This document shows, in pieces, positions 29,589-39,971 of a DNA stretch of 64,000 nucleotides; within the stretch, counting starts at the first letter, position 1; each line of letters starts with the position of its first letter. The position numbers and the translations under genes are program-made. The notes beneath the pieces are model-generated. The model was not told the DNA's origin and did not search any database. It saw nothing but the letters and a program-made list of their open reading frames with translations. This DNA comes from Promethearchaeota archaeon (lineage in GTDB: Archaea > Asgardarchaeota > Lokiarchaeia > Sigyniarchaeales > SOKP01), in NCBI GenBank assembly GCA_048939995.1, contig JBHLOY010000001.1:32001-96000 (forward strand), in the 5' to 3' direction.

Positions 29589-31844
29589 ATGACACTAAAA
29601 GAAATTACTAAGGAAATTTTCACGAGATATGGATTTACTGAGGAGCAAATCCTTATTTATCTAGTATATTTGAGAGTACCAAGAGCTACAGCTTCCGAAG
29701 TTTATCTAACATTAATGGATGGTCATGAAGAACTCACTTATGATAGTGTTTTAGAAATCACAGAATGGTTAGTTGATAAGGGATTTCTTAAAAAAATTAC
29801 TGGAATCGTGGATAGATTTATTCCACTTGAACCTTATTTTGAACTATACATTGGAGAGTCAGAGGGTTTTAGAGATGAAATTGCAAAAATTAAAGATCAT
29901 ATACTAGCTGATCAAGCTAAAAGGTTTGAAAAGCTAGAAGCAATTCAAGATAAAAGTATCAATGAAGTCGAAACTGCTGTTGATAACCAAATCAAAGCTT
30001 TCTTTTCGGATTCTGATACAAAAAATAATGATAAAAGGGAAAAGATTAATAACGCTCGAAATAGATTTACAGATACTTCCAAAACATTGGAAGAAAATCT
30101 CCATAACATTTTAGATACATTAAATATAGATTTAAAGGAAATTTCCGATTCTAAAATCAAGGAAAATGAGGATGGTGTTAATAAAACTAAAGATAATTTA
30201 ACTAATCTTATCTCTGATTTATTAAGTGATTTTTCAAAACGCGTTAATGATCTAGAAAAAGAACTAAAAAATGATTTAGATAATCATGTAGAGAGACACA
30301 AAACTATAGCTAGCGATTTAAAACCAAGAATGGAACAAATACTAGAAAAGTATTTAGAAAGAATGGATAAAATTGTTACCGATTTAAAAGAAAGAATTTC
30401 TCGTCTCTTAAAAGAACATCTTAATCATTTAAAGAACACCACCGATACACTTTCTACTAATTTGAAAGCAACTGTAGATGATAGACACCGAATCTTAACT
30501 GAACAAACAAATGAATTTAAAAGCATGACATTAACACTTATAGACAATCTTTTAGAGCATGCCAATCGATTTACTGATTTTTCAGCAGATATGGCTAAAA
30601 AAGGATTCTTCTGGATGGGTAAAAAGAAAAAGTATAAAGCGCGCCATGAAACCACAATCCAAAATATTTTAATATATACGGAGCCAATGAAAGATGGATT
30701 CATAGACGTAAGTGAGAATTATATCAAAGATACAAGGGATACAAACGAGACTCTAAAAGGTGAAATTACTGATATAATGATTAAGGAAAATGATAATGTA
30801 GTAACTGAAACTACAGATCTTGACCAGAAGGCTCAAGAAACCATTAACGTTCAACTAGAAACCTTAGCCACCGATATGGCTGGTGAAATCAATAATACCC
30901 TTACAAGTGGTGTAAAAGACTGTTCAGACACTACAATAAAGTTGAAGGATGGTTTAGAAAATGCACTCAAACAACACCACCGCCAATATGATGATGCAAT
31001 TAATAAACATAAGGATCTTTCATTAAAGCATTACACAGACTTTGATAGTGAAGTAAAACAAACAAAAGCGAATTGGATTAGAGAAGTGGATGATAAATTC
31101 ATTGCTGGAAAAGCAGATACATCCGAAAAAATTACGAATGAGATTAGTTTATGGGGGGATGAGTCAGCAGATTTAGATAGAAATTTAAGTCAAATGCTCA
31201 CAGATCATAAATCTAAATATGAACAAAACGCTAAGTCTCTTGAAAGTAGCTTATCTAACACGACGCAAGATACAACTCAAAATGTTAAAGATGTAATAGC
31301 TGATTTCACTCTTCAGTTTATGAATTCTATTGATGATGCAACTGAACTAGCAGAAAAGAATGAAGCTAAATTAAAGGATATATATAACGCTTCAGCAGCA
31401 ATCCCAGAGTTAGCTGAAGTAACAACTTGGCCAATAGTAGGAAAGGAAGCTATGATCGCTGCTATTAAGGATGCTGTCTTTAGAACTAAATCCTCGATAA
31501 TTGTTGTCATGCCATCTGTTATTCCTGAAGTTCTACAAGTTGTAAGTGAATATGCTTACCAGAAAAAAGCGGCGAGGTTTCTACTCACTAGTCATTGGGA
31601 TATGAGTCAATACGGTGATATTATAAGAAAAATGATGGCTCTTGGAAATATTCAGTTTAGACAACTTAGTAGCACAGGAGAATTTTTTGCTGTAACCCGT
31701 GATGCCGAGGAGGTAATTATAGGGCCTGCAACTGATAAAGAAAGTGAGATGATATCAATTGTATCAAACCAAATGCAGTATAGTATTTTGTATTCACAGT
31801 TCATCGGTCCTATTTTCCAGGCGAATAGCCGCCCTATTAAATAG
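29589..31844 (+). CDS. TrmB-like wHTH, ~520-aa helical insert, TrmB/PLD-like C-terminal domain
   Basis: GFTEEQILIYLVYL...TASEV...LVDKGF..FIPLEP; C-terminal TWPIVGKEAM..SIIVVMP..RDAEEVIIG. Confidence 0.72.
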   Translation: MTLKEITKEIFTRYGFTEEQILIYLVYLRVPRATASEVYLTLMDGHEELTYDSVLEITEWLVDKGFLKKITGIVDRFIPLEPYFELYIGESEGFRDEIAKIKDHILADQAKRFEKLEAIQDKSINEVETAVDNQIKAFFSDSDTKNNDKREKINNARNRFTDTSKTLEENLHNILDTLNIDLKEISDSKIKENEDGVNKTKDNLTNLISDLLSDFSKRVNDLEKELKNDLDNHVERHKTIASDLKPRMEQILEKYLERMDKIVTDLKERISRLLKEHLNHLKNTTDTLSTNLKATVDDRHRILTEQTNEFKSMTLTLIDNLLEHANRFTDFSADMAKKGFFWMGKKKKYKARHETTIQNILIYTEPMKDGFIDVSENYIKDTRDTNETLKGEITDIMIKENDNVVTETTDLDQKAQETINVQLETLATDMAGEINNTLTSGVKDCSDTTIKLKDGLENALKQHHRQYDDAINKHKDLSLKHYTDFDSEVKQTKANWIREVDDKFIAGKADTSEKITNEISLWGDESADLDRNLSQMLTDHKSKYEQNAKSLESSLSNTTQDTTQNVKDVIADFTLQFMNSIDDATELAEKNEAKLKDIYNASAAIPELAEVTTWPIVGKEAMIAAIKDAVFRTKSSIIVVMPSVIPEVLQVVSEYAYQKKAARFLLTSHWDMSQYGDIIRKMMALGNIQFRQLSSTGEFFAVTRDAEEVIIGPATDKESEMISIVSNQMQYSILYSQFIGPIFQANSRPIK

Positions 31845-32213
31845 AATTGGGAACTAATGATCTACGAGAATTAAAAACTGGAGCAATATGAGAAAACTAA
31901 GATAATCTATTGCTAAAAATTTATTTTTTCTTCTTATTTTTTATTATTATGAATTAATTTATTTATCAATCAATAAAATTTTGATATTTCTCCTTTAATA
32001 TAAACTCTACAAACATAATTATTAATTTTTCGTAAGATATTGGTTCCGTTTTATCAATTCTATTCCAATTTAGTATTCAATATAACTTTTTATAGGAGAA
32101 GGAACAATTCTCCAATCAGTATACACAAAAACTTAAAGATTTTATCATCTTCAGCTTAGAATTTGAAGAGAAAATCTAAGGTAAACTTAATATATAGGTA
32201 TGACATAAATAAT

Positions 32214-32251
32214 ATTTGAATCTAAGTAGCTTAAAATACTTAAATTCAAAT
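32214..32251. promoter_or_regulatory. 15-bp imperfect inverted repeat (operator or 5'-UTR hairpin)
   Basis: ATTTGAATCTAAGTA-N8-TACTTAAATTCAAAT (14/15 match), between a TATA-like tract (~32188) and a GGTGA SD-like motif. Confidence 0.5.
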
Positions 32252-32283
32252 TTAGTAAGAGTGGTGATTAAAAAAAAAGCATA

Positions 32284-33018
32284 GTGAGTAAACCCATGAA
32301 AATAGATAGAGTTAAGTTGGATCTCTCTATCGTTGCGGGGATTCTGTTAACGTTGGTTGTATCTATTCTTCTGGGATTTGTATTGGTTGGGGGCTTTCTA
32401 ATAAATACCGATAATATACATGCTCCGCTTAACTTGGGATACCAAACATCTCAAGTAAATATAATAGGCGCTGATAAATACATATCGGGAAATAACACGA
32501 TCGTGTCTGTAGCTCAAGATACCAGTTGTTCGATGGATACCGAAAAGGGTTCAATCGTAATTTATGATTATTACTTGCCTGATGTACTTCCATTGTGCAT
32601 CACTCAAGAAGTCTTAAGTAATTATTACGTCGTGGTCGCCGTAACCGGTGGTTATGAACCAATTGACGGGTCTATCACACTCTACCAGAAAGGAGAACTG
32701 AAAGGTGTTATTGATGTTGATTGGACATATCGTGGTCATGAGCCATGCTATACAGACTACTGGCTTGCTACATTCGTACTCCCTGACGGAGTCGATTCGA
32801 TCGAATTAGAAAGCAATCAGTGGCCTGATGGCGCAAAACCATTATTCCCAGAATATTGTACCATACCTGGTAAAAAAGTATGTCTTGATATTGATACTTT
32901 ATGGCAAGGTTGTACCCTTGAGGAAAAACAACGGTTTGAGTTAATACAGATACATCAACTAGTATTGAACAAGTCCCCAACTCCCCATGAGGTTTTTAAA
33001 AGTCTCATCGCCAGTTAA
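32284..33018 (+). CDS. Hypothetical exported/membrane-anchored protein, elevated GC
   Basis: N-terminal TM and beta-rich soluble part; two sampled 60-mers are each 28/60 GC. Confidence 0.65.
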   Translation: MSKPMKIDRVKLDLSIVAGILLTLVVSILLGFVLVGGFLINTDNIHAPLNLGYQTSQVNIIGADKYISGNNTIVSVAQDTSCSMDTEKGSIVIYDYYLPDVLPLCITQEVLSNYYVVVAVTGGYEPIDGSITLYQKGELKGVIDVDWTYRGHEPCYTDYWLATFVLPDGVDSIELESNQWPDGAKPLFPEYCTIPGKKVCLDIDTLWQGCTLEEKQRFELIQIHQLVLNKSPTPHEVFKSLIAS

Positions 33019-33102
33019 CTATGCGACGATTAATCTTTACTCTTTTTTTTTTTTCTTTTATTTTAATATAAAGTAAAATATTTATTTTACTAGCAATAAT
33101 AA

Positions 33103-33636
33103 ATGATGATAATATTGGCAGGTCAAAAAAGTAAAAAGGCAGAGGATATGATTGTTCGATATCTTGATGAAGAGGACTTATTAAATAAAAAAGTATCAGA
33201 CTCTAAGGTCGAATTTGGATACATATTCAGGTTTCCTCCAAATCAACAACGACAATCAATGCAAGTAGTTCACCCTATTAACAGTGATTATGTTGTTATT
33301 TCCTTAGGGATACGAATACCAGATGTTTTTGTACAAGCACTTAATGCTATAGAACCTCATAAGAAAGTACAATTTTATATCGATATAAGAAAATTTTTAT
33401 TTACACAAAATTTCTTATTCCGATTTGAATTAGCATTAAATCGCTTTCATATTAGTGATCAACTATATTTTAAAGAAGGAGGGCAAATTTCCAAGAATAA
33501 ATTTTTTAAGACTGTAAGAAAAATCTATAATGCATCTCAGTATTGCATCCTCCTTTTAGAAGAATATTGCATGGATAAGATTGATAAAAAGTATTTGGAA
33601 CCCAGTGATTTGGCGGATCCACAATTTTATTCATGA
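33103..33636 (+). CDS. DUF2299-like protein
   Basis: YLDEEDL...FPP..MQVVHP..VISLGIRI...IYF..ISKNKFFKTVRKI pattern. Confidence 0.6.
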   Translation: MMIILAGQKSKKAEDMIVRYLDEEDLLNKKVSDSKVEFGYIFRFPPNQQRQSMQVVHPINSDYVVISLGIRIPDVFVQALNAIEPHKKVQFYIDIRKFLFTQNFLFRFELALNRFHISDQLYFKEGGQISKNKFFKTVRKIYNASQYCILLLEEYCMDKIDKKYLEPSDLADPQFYS

Positions 33637-33646
33637 ATCTTTTAAA

Positions 33647-36600
33647 TTAAGTAATGAACATTGCTACAGTGATTAATGTTAATAGTACTATAATCAGTAG
33701 CATGACCCTTTTAATTATATTCTTCTGTTTTTTATCACCAGAGCTATAGTATCTACTTTTCTTCATTATAAGAGGAAATGTTATTGCAACACCTCCCAAA
33801 CATCCTAAAAAGATTAGATCTGTAATCTCAAATGGAAGTGGGATTGGTGTAAAGGGTAAAGTTGGGACATATTTTATTACAACCAATTCACTAAAATTAC
33901 GATTGTTCATTCTATCCTCAGCATAGAAACGAATTGTAATATTACCATTTATAGTTGTATTATCCCATATGGATTCCCATAATGTTTGGTCAATTCTACC
34001 ATACCTCCCAACGAAAGAAACATTCACATTTATCCCAATGATATTATACCAGCTGTAAAATAAATTCCCATCTGTGATATCGACCTCAAAGAACGGTGGA
34101 TCTCTCTCTACATTTTGATTCTGAGCAGGAGATAATATCGATATGGACGGAGCAATAATATCTTTTCGAACCGTTACAGGAGTAGTACGTTGGTTACCTA
34201 TGATATCAAATACATATAAATAGATTGTAATAGACCCATTACTAAATTGATTCCATAAGGATTGATCGATTTCAATTACATGATTATCTATATCATTCCA
34301 GTCGATTATTGATGATGTATTTGATTCACTCGTTAGTCGATAAGATATCTCTGAAACACCACTACCATCATCAATATAGACATAGAGAATAGGGCGTTCA
34401 TGACCGTATAACTCATTTGTGTCAGGATAATATATTAAAACTTCGGGAGCGATGATATCTTTTCTAACGGAAAGGTTTGCATAGGCTAAATTCCCAACAA
34501 TGTCTTCAGCACAAAACATAATTATAACTGTACCATTCCCAATAGTGTTCCAATCTGTCGATAAAATTGATCCTGTCCAAATTCTTGAAGGCGTTATTAG
34601 AACATTGAATAATTGATAAGAAATTGAGAAAATTGAATTTTCATCGTAACAGGTAATACTTACTCCTGGAGGAGTTGTTCCAAATAAAGTAAAAGGAATT
34701 GGAGAGTTAATTAGAAGAGTTGGCGATATAGTATCTTTTCTCAATGAAATAGTATTAAATCCGACATTTCCAAGAGTATCGTTAATATAAAAGACTATAC
34801 TTAGTGTTCCATTTCTAAAAGCTTCCCAAGCGATAGGATCTACGGATCCATCCCAGATTATATTTGATGTCGAAAAAGTAGTGTTATATAATTGATACCA
34901 AATTGTATCTATAGAAGCAGAGCTAATATAAAGAGTAATATTGGGTCGGTTTAATCCAAATAAATCATTATCACTAGGATCTAAAATTATAATGATGGGA
35001 TCGAATAAGTTTTTTCTTAAATTTAGTGTTGCTGAGGCTAAATTATTAACCGAATCATAGGCAATAAATCGGATGATTACACTTCCATTTCCTATTTGAT
35101 CCCAATCTTCTTGATAGATAAAACCTAACCATTCTTGATATGGTGTTATTACAGACCCATTATCCAATTGATACCACACACTTTCAAGATGGGCGTCGCT
35201 TACAGTTACATTAATTATTGGTGCGGTGATTCCATATAATTGACCATCTTGTGGATCATGGATAATAATTATGGGTGAAATGCTATCTTTATATATACTA
35301 ATATTAACTGAAATCATATTATCAAGCGTATCGTTAGCGAAGAAAACAATAAACACAGTTCCATTCGGCATTGTATTCCAATCACTTGTATAGATAAAAC
35401 CGCTCCATTCTCGTAGGGGAGTCGTGATAATACCATTAGTTAATTGAGACCATTTAGAATCTACTCCATTAATATCATAAAAAGTAACTATGCAACTAGG
35501 AACAGGCTTTCCCAGTACTCTATGTGGAGTAGGACTGATTATATTAATATCTGGACCAATTACATCCTTGTAGATTGACACATTGCTCATTCCAATATTA
35601 CTAACTGTATCATTAGCATAAAAAACAATGGTGACTGATCCATTGGACATCATGTTCCAATCATCTAGTTGTATCGATCCAGCCCAGATTCTTCCATTTG
35701 TAGTGGTTATACCATCTGTTAATTGGTACCAAGTTTCATTAACGCCATTTATATCAGTAAATATTACTGTACATGGAGGTGGATTTATTCCAAATACACT
35801 ATGGGGAAGTGGTTCCGCAATGTTAATTTCTGGTCCATAAATGTCTTTATAGATAGATATACTTAGTGCTTCTTTATTTCCCAATGTATCATTAGCATAA
35901 AAGAAAATAGTCACTGTTCCATTAGACATGGCTTTCCAGTCATCAATGTGAATAAAGCCTGTCCATTCACGAATAGGAGTAGAAATTATGCCATCTGTTA
36001 ATTCATACCATACATAATCAATAGAGTTTCTATCATATAGTGTTAAATTACACATAGGAGGAATTTGACCAAAAATTTCGTAAGCTTGAGGGTTATTAAT
36101 GACGATAACTGGAGATCGAATGTCTTTATATAAATTAATTGTGTCAAAATTTAAGTTTCCAACACTGTCATTTGCATATAATATGATAATGAGAGATCCA
36201 TTTCCTATCATACTCCAATCATTAATATCAATTGATCCAGTCCATACTTGTGAATTCGTAGTAATTGTTCCATTAGTCAATTGATACCAGGTGGTATTAA
36301 CTCCATTGGTATCATAGAAAGTCACATCACACATAGGTGGAATAGTCCCCGCGAGATCATACGGATGTGGTTCATTGATATTGATACTAGGTGCAATTAT
36401 ATCCTTATAGATTGATACATTAGATGTTCCAATATTACCTAATGTATCATTAGCATAAAAAATAAGAGTCAATGTTCCATTAGACATAGCATTCCAGTCA
36501 TCAGCGTGAAGAAAACCTGTCCATTCACGAATAGTAGTAGTAAAGGTGCCATTAGTTAATTTATACCATACGTAATCAATAGAATTCCTATCATACAGGG

Positions 36601-39600
36601 TTAAATCACAGTTAGGGGCAATGTGCCCAAATATCTCCTGAAAATTTGGTTCATTAATCGTTATGGAAGGAGATATGATATCTTTATAAACTGAAACATT
36701 AGTGGTTGCTATATTCCCTAACGTATCGTTTGCATAAAAGATAATGAACACAGTTCCATTAGCCATATTTATCCAATCATCAATTTGAATAGTACCAGTC
36801 CAATCACGAACATTAGTAGTTGTTGTTCCATCAGTTAATTCATACCATATATAATCAATGAAATTTATGTCATATAGAGTTAAATTACAATTGGGGGGAT
36901 CTTGACCATATAGATCATGAGCTAATGGTTCATTAATAATTATTGTAGGAGAAATAATGTCTTTATACACTGAAACGTTAGTAGATGCTGTATTACCTAA
37001 AGTATCGTTGGCATAGAAAATGATAATAATCGAACCATTGCCTAATATAGACCAATTATCGAAATCAATTATTCCAATCCATTCCCGTAAAGCGGTACTG
37101 ACTGTTCCATCAGTTAATTGATACCATTTGGCATCTACTCCGCTTATATCGTAAAATGATACATTACATTCGGGCTGCAAAGTTCCGAATACTTCATAAG
37201 AATTAGGATTAATAATAGTAATGATAGGAGCGATGATATCCTTATACAATGATAAATCAGCGGTTGCTATATTACCTAAGGTATCATTCGCATAGAAAAT
37301 GATGGTAACAGAACCATTGCCTAATATAGTCCAATCATTGAAATCAATCATTCCAATCCATTCCCGTAAAGTTGTGCTAACTGTTCCATCAGTTAACTGA
37401 TACCATTTGGTATCTACTCCATTTATATCATAAAATGATACATTACATTCAGGCTGCAGAGTACCGAATACCTCATAAGGATTAGGCTCATTAATGTTAA
37501 TAATAGGAGCGATCACATCTTTGTACACAGAAACATTAGTTGTAGCTATATTACCCAAAGTATCATTTGCGTAAAATATAATAGTAACAGAGCCATTACT
37601 CATAGCAGCCCAATCATTGAGATCAATTGTACCACTCCATTCGCGAAAGCTAGATGTAGTGATTCCGTCAGTTAACTTATACCATACAGTATCAATAGAA
37701 TTAATATCATATAAGGTTATATTGCAATCTGGTGGATTTTGACCAAATAAGTCATGTAATTTTGGCTCATTAATAGTAATATAAGGAGAAATTATGTCCT
37801 TGTAAATGATAACATTTTCAGAATTAATATTTCCTATACTATCATTTGCAAAAAACATGATGGTGACTGTGCCATTTCCCATTATATTCCAATCACTAAT
37901 GTCAATTGATCCTGTCCAAATCCGTGAATTTGTGGTAAAGGTTCCATTAGTTAATTGGTACCAAGTTTCATTAACTCCATTAATATCATAAAAAGACACA
38001 TCACATATAGGAGGGGTAACACTAAATAGATTGTATGGTTTTGGTTCATTAATCAGAATATTGGGTGCAATAATGTCCTTGTAGATTGATATATTAATCA
38101 TCCCTATGTTGCTTATAGTGTCATTTGCATAAAAGAAAATAGTCACTGTTCCATTAGACATTGTGTCCCAGTCATCTGAATGTATAGTACCTGTCCATTC
38201 TCTCTTAGGAGTTATAGTGATTCCATCAGTCAAGTAATACCAAGTTGTATTCACTCCATTTATGTCGTAAAATGACACATTACATTCGGGAGGGGAAATT
38301 CCAAAGATTTCATACTCAGCTGGTCTATTAATTTGAATAGTAGGTGGAATAATATCTTTATATATAGTAACGTTATTCTTTCCTAAATTGCCCATAGTAT
38401 CATTAGCAAAGAAATTGATGATTATAGTTCCATTAGATTGCAGTTCCCATTCACTTTCAGAGATTATTCCATCATTTTGGCCAGAGATTCCATTAAAGTA
38501 AATTGGAGTCCCATTATTTACTGTATACCAAGTTGAATTGAGATTAGACTCAAGGATAATAATAGTAAAATTACAAGTATCATTTCCAAAAATAGAGAGA
38601 AGTCCTGGAAATATAATATCAATGGAAGGAGTTTCAATATCCTTATAAACAATAATTGCTCTGGAATCCTCATATCCTCTACTATCATTTACATAAAAAA
38701 AGATAGTATGTGATCCATTTACTAATAAGCTCCAGACTAAAGCATTAATAGATCCATTTGTATTGAAATGATTTTTGGTTGGATCACTATCAATCATATA
38801 CCACCAACTATGACTCACTCCTTCTTCTAGAGAAACACTGAAATTAAGAGACGAAGATCCATATAACGAATAAGGGATGGGGGATATTATAGTAATTAGG
38901 GGGGCATCCCACCAAACTGGAGAATAATCTTGACTTCCTGCCAAACCAGAAATGATGTATGGAGTATCACCAATTCCATTATCATCAGTATCTTTTCCTA
39001 CATAATCATCCCAAGAATTGCCTTGATCTCCGATATTCCAAGCATTATTCATGCCTGAATCATTAGCATGTATTGTATTATTAATAAAAGTATTACTATA
39101 AATGTTGTTATTGTTAGAATTAGCAACATTAACTCCTTGCAATAAGTTGTCAAAAATATTATTCTCATAAATTATATTTTCACTACTACTCTGGTTTAAA
39201 TAGATTCCATAATTATTTGAAAAAATGTCATTTCCTTCAATCGATGAGTTATGGCTATCAATTAACATGATCCCTACTGAATTGTGATAACATGATATAT
39301 CCATTATCCTGCCATTCTCACTATTTTCCAATCTTATTCCTGCGCTGAAAGAGTCTGTAGAATTGTTGGATAAAATACAATCTCTAATTATAAAGTGAAC
39401 ACTTTGCGAATTATTAATGAAAATAGCTGCAATTGTAGCATTTGTGAAAATATCCACATCTTCTATAATAAAGGGATCATTCCAAGAGCCAGAACCGCTA
39501 CACCAATCATAATTAGCAGCAGTCTCTGTCCAATTATTATCTATATGAATGAATATTTTATTTATATCAGAAAGATTTGGGATAAAATTATCGTGAATTT

Positions 39601-39721
39601 TATTTTTAATTACTCCTTTGGGGATTATATATGGTAGAATTGGAGTGAAATTAAAAATTAAGAATAGAACGACAAGTAAAACGGTTTTAACCGACTTTTT
39701 TCGATATTTTTCCATTTTCAT
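33647..39721 (-). CDS. Giant cell-surface glycoprotein: right-handed beta-helix (NosD/CASH-like), 18 Ig-like repeats, C-terminal TM hairpin
   Basis: Signal peptide, GSGSWNDPFIIE, N-rich beta-helix, GIGDTPY.I; 93-aa repeats D..P.I.I..P...WY...W..NGT..FYANDT.GN. Confidence 0.9.
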   Translation of the reverse strand: MKMEKYRKKSVKTVLLVVLFLIFNFTPILPYIIPKGVIKNKIHDNFIPNLSDINKIFIHIDNNWTETAANYDWCSGSGSWNDPFIIEDVDIFTNATIAAIFINNSQSVHFIIRDCILSNNSTDSFSAGIRLENSENGRIMDISCYHNSVGIMLIDSHNSSIEGNDIFSNNYGIYLNQSSSENIIYENNIFDNLLQGVNVANSNNNNIYSNTFINNTIHANDSGMNNAWNIGDQGNSWDDYVGKDTDDNGIGDTPYIISGLAGSQDYSPVWWDAPLITIISPIPYSLYGSSSLNFSVSLEEGVSHSWWYMIDSDPTKNHFNTNGSINALVWSLLVNGSHTIFFYVNDSRGYEDSRAIIVYKDIETPSIDIIFPGLLSIFGNDTCNFTIIILESNLNSTWYTVNNGTPIYFNGISGQNDGIISESEWELQSNGTIIINFFANDTMGNLGKNNVTIYKDIIPPTIQINRPAEYEIFGISPPECNVSFYDINGVNTTWYYLTDGITITPKREWTGTIHSDDWDTMSNGTVTIFFYANDTISNIGMINISIYKDIIAPNILINEPKPYNLFSVTPPICDVSFYDINGVNETWYQLTNGTFTTNSRIWTGSIDISDWNIMGNGTVTIMFFANDSIGNINSENVIIYKDIISPYITINEPKLHDLFGQNPPDCNITLYDINSIDTVWYKLTDGITTSSFREWSGTIDLNDWAAMSNGSVTIIFYANDTLGNIATTNVSVYKDVIAPIININEPNPYEVFGTLQPECNVSFYDINGVDTKWYQLTDGTVSTTLREWIGMIDFNDWTILGNGSVTIIFYANDTLGNIATADLSLYKDIIAPIITIINPNSYEVFGTLQPECNVSFYDISGVDAKWYQLTDGTVSTALREWIGIIDFDNWSILGNGSIIIIFYANDTLGNTASTNVSVYKDIISPTIIINEPLAHDLYGQDPPNCNLTLYDINFIDYIWYELTDGTTTTNVRDWTGTIQIDDWINMANGTVFIIFYANDTLGNIATTNVSVYKDIISPSITINEPNFQEIFGHIAPNCDLTLYDRNSIDYVWYKLTNGTFTTTIREWTGFLHADDWNAMSNGTLTLIFYANDTLGNIGTSNVSIYKDIIAPSININEPHPYDLAGTIPPMCDVTFYDTNGVNTTWYQLTNGTITTNSQVWTGSIDINDWSMIGNGSLIIILYANDSVGNLNFDTINLYKDIRSPVIVINNPQAYEIFGQIPPMCNLTLYDRNSIDYVWYELTDGIISTPIREWTGFIHIDDWKAMSNGTVTIFFYANDTLGNKEALSISIYKDIYGPEINIAEPLPHSVFGINPPPCTVIFTDINGVNETWYQLTDGITTTNGRIWAGSIQLDDWNMMSNGSVTIVFYANDTVSNIGMSNVSIYKDVIGPDINIISPTPHRVLGKPVPSCIVTFYDINGVDSKWSQLTNGIITTPLREWSGFIYTSDWNTMPNGTVFIVFFANDTLDNMISVNISIYKDSISPIIIIHDPQDGQLYGITAPIINVTVSDAHLESVWYQLDNGSVITPYQEWLGFIYQEDWDQIGNGSVIIRFIAYDSVNNLASATLNLRKNLFDPIIIILDPSDNDLFGLNRPNITLYISSASIDTIWYQLYNTTFSTSNIIWDGSVDPIAWEAFRNGTLSIVFYINDTLGNVGFNTISLRKDTISPTLLINSPIPFTLFGTTPPGVSITCYDENSIFSISYQLFNVLITPSRIWTGSILSTDWNTIGNGTVIIMFCAEDIVGNLAYANLSVRKDIIAPEVLIYYPDTNELYGHERPILYVYIDDGSGVSEISYRLTSESNTSSIIDWNDIDNHVIEIDQSLWNQFSNGSITIYLYVFDIIGNQRTTPVTVRKDIIAPSISILSPAQNQNVERDPPFFEVDITDGNLFYSWYNIIGINVNVSFVGRYGRIDQTLWESIWDNTTINGNITIRFYAEDRMNNRNFSELVVIKYVPTLPFTPIPLPFEITDLIFLGCLGGVAITFPLIMKKSRYYSSGDKKQKNIIKRVMLLIIVLLTLITVAMFIT
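33875..38908 (-). repeat. Intragenic tandem array of 18 degenerate ~279-bp units
   Basis: ATAGGAGCGAT at 37224 and 37503 gives a 279-nt period; units 6 and 7 are the most similar pair. Confidence 0.88.
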
Positions 39722-39867
39722 TTATATCCTTAACCTTGATCGTGAATTAAATATAAATTAAATAATAAAACATACCATTCTAACTTCTTAACCACTTAAA
39801 AATAAAAAAAATTTGGATATTGAACTAAATGAATGCACAATATAAAAAGATTTAAGTGCGGGAATTC

Positions 39868-39889
39868 CCTTTTTTCACGGGAAAAAAGG
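39868..39889. promoter_or_regulatory. 9-bp perfect stem-loop in divergent intergenic region
   Basis: CCTTTTTTC-ACGG-GAAAAAAGG. Confidence 0.35.
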
Positions 39890-39971
39890 AAAGATAGTTT
39901 AAAAAGTGACCTTACCTATATTATTCATACGAATAATTTAATATCTCTTTTACAAACTTCGAGGCTCAACT

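Noticed and set aside
33875-38908. Repeat array as CRISPR or a diversity-generating retroelement
   Set aside because: Units are 279-nt in-frame protein repeats with no spacers, cas genes or reverse transcriptase.
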